Of a stretch of 51,277 nt of DNA, positions 45,169 through 51,277 are shown piece by piece. A model generated the notes under the pieces. It worked only from the letters and a program-made list of their open reading frames with translations. It was not told the origin of the DNA and ran no database searches. Source of the DNA: an uncultured Bifidobacteriaceae bacterium (GTDB lineage Bacteria; Actinomycetota; Actinomycetes; S36-B12); the NCBI GenBank assembly GCA_964391765.1, contig CAYMNG010000005.1:1-51277 (forward strand), written 5' to 3'. Position 1 is the first letter of the stretch; every line of letters starts with the position of its first letter. Position numbers and translations under genes: made by a program.

Positions 45169-46178
45169 TGGACCGATGGGGACTGTCAATGGGCGTCAGC
45201 CCGCGTGAACCGCTCAGTCGGGTCTCCGAGCTCGCGTCCGCAGCCGAGGCGTCCGGCTTCGAGGCGATGTGGTTCATCGACTTCCAACTGGGGATGAAGG
45301 ACGTCTACGCCGCGATGAACCTGGCGGCTCTCGCCACCACCAAGATGAACATCGGCTCCGCGGTGACGAACCTGATCACTCGCCACCCGACGGTCACTGC
45401 GAACGCGACGATCGCGCTCGACGAACTTAGCCACGGACACGCGATGCTCGGTCTGGGAGCGGGCTGGTCGGCGGTCTACGGGGCCGGTGGCGAGCCGTCG
45501 AAACTGGCCGACCTTTCACGAGGTATCGACGAGTTCCGGCTGCTCTTCAGCGGACAGGAGCACGAGCTCTACGGGACGAAGGTGCGGGTGGCCGCCGCGC
45601 AGCGGCAGATCCCCATCTACCTCGCGGTCTCGCAGCCGGGGATGCTGCGACTGAGCGGGGAGAAGTGCGACGGTGCGATCTTGATGGGCGGGGCCGACCC
45701 GGAGTTCTGCAAGTGGCAGTTGGACTACATTTACCAGGGCCTGGAGAAGGCCGGTCGCGACCGGTCGGAGATCGTGATCGACCTCGTGGTGACGATGAGC
45801 ATCGACGACGACGAGGAGAAGGCGCTCAGCGATGTGCGCGCCTGGGCGACGAGCCAGGCGGCGACGTTCGACGTCTGGAAGACCATGCCGCCGGCGTGGG
45901 AGCGGTTCCGGCCGGAGTTCGCCGCGGCGAACTCCGGGTACCACCTGGTCGAGCACCTCTCGCTGCACGCCGGTCACAAGCAGGTGGTCAGCGACGAGTT
46001 CGTCCGCTCGGTCGCGCTGGCGGGAACGGCGGCACAGTGCGTCGACCGGCTGCGCGACCTGACGGCACTGGACCTGGACCGGATCACGTTCGCGCTCCTC
46101 AGCGGCGGCCGGATGCGCCGGATGGAGCAGCTCGCGACCGACATCATCCCCGCTCTGCGATCCGCGGGCCAGGACTAG
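45168..46178 (+). CDS. Luciferase-like monooxygenase (LLM) class, probable F420-dependent oxidoreductase
   Basis: GFEAMWFIDFQL, TNLITRHP and LGLGAGW blocks are typical of LLM F420-dependent enzymes. The start overlaps the upstream stop (TGATG). Confidence 0.8.
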   Translation: MDRWGLSMGVSPREPLSRVSELASAAEASGFEAMWFIDFQLGMKDVYAAMNLAALATTKMNIGSAVTNLITRHPTVTANATIALDELSHGHAMLGLGAGWSAVYGAGGEPSKLADLSRGIDEFRLLFSGQEHELYGTKVRVAAAQRQIPIYLAVSQPGMLRLSGEKCDGAILMGGADPEFCKWQLDYIYQGLEKAGRDRSEIVIDLVVTMSIDDDEEKALSDVRAWATSQAATFDVWKTMPPAWERFRPEFAAANSGYHLVEHLSLHAGHKQVVSDEFVRSVALAGTAAQCVDRLRDLTALDLDRITFALLSGGRMRRMEQLATDIIPALRSAGQD

Positions 46179-46196
46179 GGAAGGGTTGGCGCTGAC

Positions 46197-46955
46197 ATGA
46201 CAGATCGACGGGTGGCGATGGTGACGGCGGCCGCTGGCGCCGGGATCGGGGCCGCGATCGTGCGTCGGCTCGCCGCGGCGGGGCACGACGTCGTGATCAC
46301 CGACGTGCACGAGCGGCGAAGCCGTGAACTCGCCGCGTCGCTGGCCGACGAGCACGGCCGGGCTTTCGACGCGATGGTGCTCGACGTGACGGACACCGAC
46401 GCGGTGCGCGAGTGCATCGACGAGATCGCGGCGCGAAAGGGCCGGTTGGACATCCTGGTGAACAACGCCGGCTGGTCGAAGATCGAGCCGGTCGCGCAGA
46501 TGTCGATGGAGACGTGGCAGCGATGCATCGACGTCGACCTCACCGGGACGTTCGCGTGCATGCGCTTCGCGCTCCCGCACATGATCGAGCGCGGACACGG
46601 GTCCATCGTCAACATCAGCTCGATCGCCGCCTACGAGACCTCGCGCGAGCACGGCGCCGCCTACTCGGCGGCGAAGGCCGGCGTGCTGGCGCTCACGCGG
46701 GTGGCCGCGGCCGAGAACGGACGCCACGGGATCCGGGTGAACGCGATCACCCCTGGGCTGATCTACAACGACTTCCTGCGCAAGATCTACCCCGACGAGT
46801 TCTTCGACGGGTACGCGCAGGATCGATCGCTCGTCGGTCGCGTCGGGACGCCGGAGGACGTCGCCGCGCTCGTCGCCTTCCTTGTGTCCGAGGAGGCGGG
46901 GTACATCACCGGCGAGGTGTACGGAATCAGCGGCGGCGTATACCCCCATGGCTGA
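46197..46955 (+). CDS. SDR family oxidoreductase (FabG-like)
   Basis: VTAAAGAGIGAAI, NNAG and YSAAKAG motifs. Confidence 0.85.
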   Translation: MTDRRVAMVTAAAGAGIGAAIVRRLAAAGHDVVITDVHERRSRELAASLADEHGRAFDAMVLDVTDTDAVRECIDEIAARKGRLDILVNNAGWSKIEPVAQMSMETWQRCIDVDLTGTFACMRFALPHMIERGHGSIVNISSIAAYETSREHGAAYSAAKAGVLALTRVAAAENGRHGIRVNAITPGLIYNDFLRKIYPDEFFDGYAQDRSLVGRVGTPEDVAALVAFLVSEEAGYITGEVYGISGGVYPHG

Positions 46956-48324
46956 TCCCAATCCGGCTGACCTGCCGATCGCCGGTCTTCTGGCGGCCTT
47001 CCGCGATCGGCAGGTCAGCCCCGTGGAGGTGCTCGACACGTTCGTGCAGCGCATCGACGCACTCGACGACCGCCTGCACGCGTTTGTCGTCGTCAACCGG
47101 GACGAGGCGTACGCACAGGCGCGTGCCGCGGAGCGGGCGTACCGGGACGGCGAGGCGGGCGCGCCGCTCCTGGGGGTGCCGATCTCGGTGAAGGACGCGT
47201 TCCACATGCGCGGCCTGCCCACGACCGTCGGGTCGGTGGTCGGCAGGAACGTCGTCGCACGATCGGACTCGGGGGTGGCCCGTCGGCTGCGGTCCGCGGG
47301 CGCGGTGTTCGTCGGCAAGACCAACACCGCCGAGTTCGGGCAGTCGGCGACGTCGGAGAACCGCCTGGGCCCGGACACCGTCAACGCGTGGGGCGTCGGT
47401 CTCACCCCTGGCGGTTCCAGCGGAGGTGCCGCCACTTCGGTCGCGGCGGGCATGGCCGCCGCCGCGATCGGGTCCGACGGTGGCGGGTCGATCCGCATCC
47501 CGGCGGCGTTCTCCGGGATCGTCGGGATGAAGCCGACGTACGGGCTGGTCAGTGACGAGAAGGGCTTCCGCGGCATGACGGACTTCACCGTCGCCGGCCC
47601 GATGACGCGAACCGTCGACGATTCCCGTCGCGTGCTCGAGGTCCTCGCCGACCGTGGGCTCGACCACCCGTCGCCGTGTCGGCTGAGGGTCGGCTACTGC
47701 GCTCGGCCCGAGGGCCGGCCGGTGGACCCGGGTGTCGACCGGGCCGTCCGCGCCGCAGCGGACGCGATGGCGGCGGCCGGGCACCGGGTCGTCCCGACGG
47801 ACCTCGCCGTCGGCGGTTGGGACGAGGTCTTCGGCCCGCTCGTCCTCGACGACGAGAACCGCGAGCGCGGGCATCTGCTCGACCTTTGCCCCGACGTCCT
47901 CAGCGACTACGAGCTCGCCTCCCTGCGGGCCGCCGCCGACCTCGACCCGGCGGCGGTGGCGCGTGCCGAGGACCTGCTGCCGCGCTACCGGGCCCGGGTC
48001 GCCGACCTCTTCGACGAGTTCGACCTGCTGCTGACGCCGACGGTCGCCGCCCCGGCGTTCCCACTGGGGCGAAGGCCCCGGGTGATCGACGGCCACCGCG
48101 TCGGCTGGCTGTGGGGTGCCTTCCCGTTCGCCGTGCCGTACAACGTCGCCGGCGTACCCGCCATCTCCGTCCCGTGCGGCCTCGCGGACGGGCTGCCCGT
48201 CGGGGCGCAGTTGGTCGGCCCCCGCGGCGCGGACGGGCTCGTCCTGGCCGTGGGCGAGGGGTTGGAGTCCGAGCTCGGCCTCGGCGTGCTGCGGCCGGAC
48301 TGCTACCCGCAGCCGGTGGCGTGA
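46948..48324 (+). CDS. Amidase (amidase-signature family), second copy
   Basis: GVPISVKDAF, GGSSGGAATSVAAG and GSDGGGSIRIPA motifs. ATG 46948 overlaps the SDR gene by 8 nt. Confidence 0.85.
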   Translation: MADPNPADLPIAGLLAAFRDRQVSPVEVLDTFVQRIDALDDRLHAFVVVNRDEAYAQARAAERAYRDGEAGAPLLGVPISVKDAFHMRGLPTTVGSVVGRNVVARSDSGVARRLRSAGAVFVGKTNTAEFGQSATSENRLGPDTVNAWGVGLTPGGSSGGAATSVAAGMAAAAIGSDGGGSIRIPAAFSGIVGMKPTYGLVSDEKGFRGMTDFTVAGPMTRTVDDSRRVLEVLADRGLDHPSPCRLRVGYCARPEGRPVDPGVDRAVRAAADAMAAAGHRVVPTDLAVGGWDEVFGPLVLDDENRERGHLLDLCPDVLSDYELASLRAAADLDPAAVARAEDLLPRYRARVADLFDEFDLLLTPTVAAPAFPLGRRPRVIDGHRVGWLWGAFPFAVPYNVAGVPAISVPCGLADGLPVGAQLVGPRGADGLVLAVGEGLESELGLGVLRPDCYPQPVA

Positions 48325-48335
48325 GGCGGGCGACG

Positions 48336-49115
48336 ATGAGCGGACCGGTGACCGTTACCGTCGAGCGTGGTGTCCTCGTCGTCGCGCTGGCCGTGCCGGC
48401 CACGCGCAACGCGCTGTCGTTCGAGGTGCTCGACCGGCTCGAGGACGCCTTCCGCGACGTGGATCCGGATCTGGTCGGTGCGGTCCTGACCGGCTCGGGC
48501 GGTCTGTTCAGCGCCGGCGCGGACTTCGGCAGCCTGACCGGCACCGTGGCGGACGTGGGGTACGACGAGCGGGTCGCGGCGGTCGTCGCGGCGATCCTCG
48601 ACACCCCGTGGCCGGTCGTCGCGGCGATCGACGGCGCGTGCCTTGGTGCGGCCGCCGACCTCGCCCTCGCCTGCGACTTCCGAGTCCTCTCGCCGTCCGC
48701 GTTCGTCGAGGTCCCCGCCGCGCGCCTCGGGATCGTCTACAACCCCGCGGCCGTCCGGCGCCTGCACGAGCGCTACGCCGACGACGTCGTCCGGCGCCTG
48801 CTGGTGCTCGGGGAGCGGATCGACGCGCCCGGTGCGCTGGCTGCCGGGATCGCGACGCGCCTGGTGGCCACCGGCTCCGCGCTCGACGGGGCCGTGGACA
48901 TGCTGGCCGCAGCGCCGGCGCGCAACGCCGCCGCAGTGGCCGCGATGCGCCGGATCCTGAACTATCCGACCGCCCCGACGGGGCCGGGATCGCCGATCGA
49001 CGACGAGCGCCGGCGGCTTCTGGCCACCGCCGAGCGACGGCAGGCGATCGCGAGCCGGATGAAGGACAGCGGTGCTCCGTCGGAGCGCTCCGATCGACAA
49101 GGAGAGGGACCGTGA
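48336..49115 (+). CDS. Enoyl-CoA hydratase/isomerase family protein
   Basis: LVVALAVPATRNAL...FSAGADF...AAIDGACLGAAADLALACD motifs. It is the tail of ORF-track entry 47676..49115. Confidence 0.8.
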   Translation: MSGPVTVTVERGVLVVALAVPATRNALSFEVLDRLEDAFRDVDPDLVGAVLTGSGGLFSAGADFGSLTGTVADVGYDERVAAVVAAILDTPWPVVAAIDGACLGAAADLALACDFRVLSPSAFVEVPAARLGIVYNPAAVRRLHERYADDVVRRLLVLGERIDAPGALAAGIATRLVATGSALDGAVDMLAAAPARNAAAVAAMRRILNYPTAPTGPGSPIDDERRRLLATAERRQAIASRMKDSGAPSERSDRQGEGP

Positions 49116-49933
49116 CTGACACACCGAGCCTGGCGGACCTACGCGGCCGCGACCTGGGCACCCACGCGGTCGAGTTCGACGACCGCACCGTCATCCTCTA
49201 CGCGCTCGCGATCGGAGCGTCCGTAGACGAGCTCGACCTCGTCTACGAGCGCGACCTGCGCGCCTTGCCGACGCTGGCGTGCGCGCTCGGCCTGTGGGCC
49301 GTCGAGGCCGCCGGGCGACAGGGCGCCTACGATCCCCGACGGTCCCTGCACGCGCGGCAGCAGCTCACGATGCACGGCCGATTGCCGACCGCGGGACCGC
49401 TGGCGATGACCGGCCGGATCACGAACGTCTACGACAAGGGCAAGGCCGCGCTCGTCGAGGTCGAGGCCGCCGCTGAGTCGTTCACGGCGACGTACGGCAT
49501 CTTCCTCCCGGGGATGGGTGGATGGGGGGGTGACCGCGGCCCGTCGTCGGCGCCGGAGAGCAAGACGGAGTGGGGTGTGACCGGCTCGATGACGACGCCC
49601 GCGAACCTAGCGGTGCTGTACCGCCTGACCGGTGACCGGCACCCGCTGCACATCGACCCGGTCGTGGCGGCCGAGATTGGCTTCGACCGGCCGATCCTGC
49701 ACGGCCTGTGCACCGTCGGCATCGCGGTCCGGCTCGCGGCGCGGGCGTGTGGTGCCGATCCGACGGACCTGACCGCCCTCGACGTCCGACTGTCCGCGCC
49801 GGTGTACCCCGGTGACGTCGTGGCGGTCGACGCGGCGGCCGACGGCGTCGACGTGGACTTCCGGGCGAGGGTGGCGGACTCGGTCGTGCTCGCCGGTGGG
49901 CGCGCGTCGTTCGAGAGCGCGAGGACCTCGTGA
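49112..49933 (+). CDS. MaoC-like (R)-specific enoyl-CoA hydratase / double hot-dog dehydratase
   Basis: YRLTGDRHPLHIDP..A...GFDRPILHG is the MaoC signature region. GTG 49112 overlaps the upstream stop (GTGA). Confidence 0.8.
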   Translation: MTDTPSLADLRGRDLGTHAVEFDDRTVILYALAIGASVDELDLVYERDLRALPTLACALGLWAVEAAGRQGAYDPRRSLHARQQLTMHGRLPTAGPLAMTGRITNVYDKGKAALVEVEAAAESFTATYGIFLPGMGGWGGDRGPSSAPESKTEWGVTGSMTTPANLAVLYRLTGDRHPLHIDPVVAAEIGFDRPILHGLCTVGIAVRLAARACGADPTDLTALDVRLSAPVYPGDVVAVDAAADGVDVDFRARVADSVVLAGGRASFESARTS

Positions 49934-50676
49934 CCGCCGGCGCGGCCGGCGCGGCACCGCCGCGAATCGGCGTGCTCGGCGGCACCGGGGACCAGGGGCG
50001 CGGGCTGGCCCTGCGGCTGGCGATGTCCGGACTGGACGTCACGGTGGGCTCGCGGCAGGCCGAGCGGGCGGTGTCGGCGGCGGCGGGGATCGGTCACGGC
50101 GTGCAGGGGGCGGACAACCGCGCGTGCGCGGCGGGCGCGGACGTCGTTATCGCGGCGGTCCCGTACGACGGGCACGCGGACCTGTTGCGGTCCTTGACGA
50201 CCGAGCTGGCCGGCAAGGTCGTTGTCGACTGCGTCAACCCGCTCGGGTTCGACGCGCGAGGCGCATACGTGCTCGACGTCCCGGAGGGCTCGGCGGCCGA
50301 GCAGGCCGCGGCGATCCTGCCGGACTCGCTCGTCGTGGGCGCGTTCCACAACGTGTCGGCGGTCCTGCTGCTGGACCCGCTGATCGCCAGCATCGAGACC
50401 GATGTCCTCGTGCTCGGCGACGATCGAGCGGCGACGGACGCCGTCTCGTCGCTCGTCGATCGCATCCCGGGGATGCGCGGCGTCTACGGCGGGAGACTGC
50501 GCAACGCGGCTCAGGTCGAGGCGCTGACCGCGAACCTGATCTCCGTGAACCGTCGCTACAAGGCGCATGCCGGGATTCGCATCACCGACATCGACCATGT
50601 GCGCACCGGACCGGTCGCTGTCGATCGCAGTGCGAGCGGCACCGGCCGGACGCGCGCCTCGAGGGAGGGATCATGA
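49930..50676 (+). CDS. npdG: NADPH-dependent F420 reductase (F420H2:NADP+ oxidoreductase)
   Basis: RIGVLGGTGDQGRGLALRLAMSGLDVTVGSR is the characteristic NpdG/Fno N-terminus. GTG 49930 overlaps the upstream stop (GTGA). Confidence 0.8.
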   Translation: MTAGAAGAAPPRIGVLGGTGDQGRGLALRLAMSGLDVTVGSRQAERAVSAAAGIGHGVQGADNRACAAGADVVIAAVPYDGHADLLRSLTTELAGKVVVDCVNPLGFDARGAYVLDVPEGSAAEQAAAILPDSLVVGAFHNVSAVLLLDPLIASIETDVLVLGDDRAATDAVSSLVDRIPGMRGVYGGRLRNAAQVEALTANLISVNRRYKAHAGIRITDIDHVRTGPVAVDRSASGTGRTRASREGS

Positions 50677-51065
50677 CCGCGACCGTCGTCGTCGGATTCG
50701 TCGACTCCCCGGTCGGACGCGCGGCCGTGGACGCCGCCATCCGAGAGTGCCGACTGCGGTCGGCGCGCCTGGTCCTTGTCAGCTCGGTGCCGGGCGGACG
50801 CGGCGATGGTGTCTATGAGCAGCGCGCAGCGATCGAGCAACTCACCGCCGAGGTCGCCGATGCGGGAGTCGAGATCGACTTCCGCGAGTACTCGCGCGGC
50901 AACGACGTCGCCACCGACGTCGTAGACGTGGCGAACGAGGTCGACGCCGAACTGATCGTCATCGGTCTTCGACGACGGTCGCCGGTCGGCAAGATCCTCA
51001 TGGGCAGCAACGCGCAGGCGATACTGCTCGCCGCCGACTGCCCGGTCCTCGCGGTCAAGCCGTAG
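50673..51065 (+). CDS. Universal stress protein family protein
   Basis: 130 aa. VVVGFVDSP.GRAAVDAA......LIVIGLRRRSPVGKILMGSNAQAILLAADCPVLAVK is a USP pattern. ATG 50673 forms an ATGA overlap. Confidence 0.85.
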   Translation: MTATVVVGFVDSPVGRAAVDAAIRECRLRSARLVLVSSVPGGRGDGVYEQRAAIEQLTAEVADAGVEIDFREYSRGNDVATDVVDVANEVDAELIVIGLRRRSPVGKILMGSNAQAILLAADCPVLAVKP

Positions 51066-51180
51066 GCCTGCGCGTCGGTCCGCGCCGGGCCGGCCGATCT
51101 GCCCATCTCGTTCGCCCCGCACCCTGCTCGACCAACCCCGTTCGACTCCCACGCAGTCCGATCTTCATCCAGGAGGGGCC

Positions 51181-51277
51181 ATGTCCGTGTCGTTGCAGCA
51201 TCCGTTTGATTTGTTCGGGATTGATGGGTTGTTGTCGGAGGAGGAGCGGGCGATCCGGGGGGTGGTTCGGGACTTCG
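51181..51277 (+). CDS. Acyl-CoA dehydrogenase (glutaryl-CoA-dehydrogenase-like) N-terminus, 3' end cut by window edge
   Basis: An aggagg SD lies 5 nt before the ATG. MSVSLQHPFDLFGIDGLLSEEERAIRGVVRDF resembles the N-terminus of GcdH-type ACADs. Only 32 codons are visible. Confidence 0.5.
   Translation, partial: MSVSLQHPFDLFGIDGLLSEEERAIRGVVRDF

Noticed and set aside
1-51277. Genomic island or mobile element boundaries, prophage or defence-system genes.
   Set aside because: I found no integrase, transposase, recombinase, tRNA gene, terminal inverted/direct repeats, nuclease/helicase/methylase-type defence genes or toxin-antitoxin pairs. Composition is uniform except for short promoter regions and the last ~100 nt.

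Overview
Very GC-rich segment with strong G/C third-position bias. Actinobacterial hallmarks are lipobox lipoproteins, F420-dependent enzymes, many GTG/TTG starts and many 4-nt start/stop overlaps. About 50 CDS are packed almost end to end. I saw no rRNA, tRNA, CRISPR array, transposase or integrase. Layout: (1) 2-5966 (+): a sugar-type (CUT2) ABC importer followed by hpaC-hpaB, ending in a strong hairpin. (2) 6039-9226 (+): an orphan 3-gene cassette, a polysaccharide-pyruvyl-transferase-like gene plus two tandem paralogous QueC-like PP-loop/4-Cys proteins. This is the most unusual content of the window. (3) 9347-13874 (+): a second, paralogous CUT2 importer plus an acidic lipoprotein. (4) 13863-28556 (-): a 13-gene, heavily translationally coupled CoA-dependent catabolic operon. 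It runs from an HGD-like dioxygenase through acyl-CoA ligase, HpaB-like protein, ACADs, hydrolase, thiolase, SDRs, crotonase and CoA-transferase to an MBL hydrolase. A divergent TetR gene faces it across palindromic operators. (5) 29506-33931: enoyl-CoA hydratase, ABM protein, HMG-CoA lyase, a DapB/amine-dehydrogenase-like protein and an Mcr-like CoA-transferase. (6) 33941-35964 (-): psuG and an HTH-fused psuK. (7) 36175-42015 (+): a LIV-type ABC importer plus an amidase. (8) 42031-42648 (-): a TetR gene. (9) 42770-51065 (+): a 9-gene operon of acyl-CoA synthetase, hydrolase, F420-dependent LLM oxidoreductase, SDR, amidase, crotonase, MaoC, F420:NADPH reductase and USP. (10) 51181-51277 (+): a partial acyl-CoA dehydrogenase start with different codon style. 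Non-coding signals: a 43-bp A-tract/GACGTC/TTGAC element is duplicated upstream of operons (7) and (9). A C-rich ACCCCCGAC motif recurs at intercistronic junctions of operon (4), including an 18-bp tandem repeat. Two genes have predicted leaderless promoters. Many long ORF-track entries are antisense or out-of-frame shadows of real genes, as expected in GC-rich DNA.
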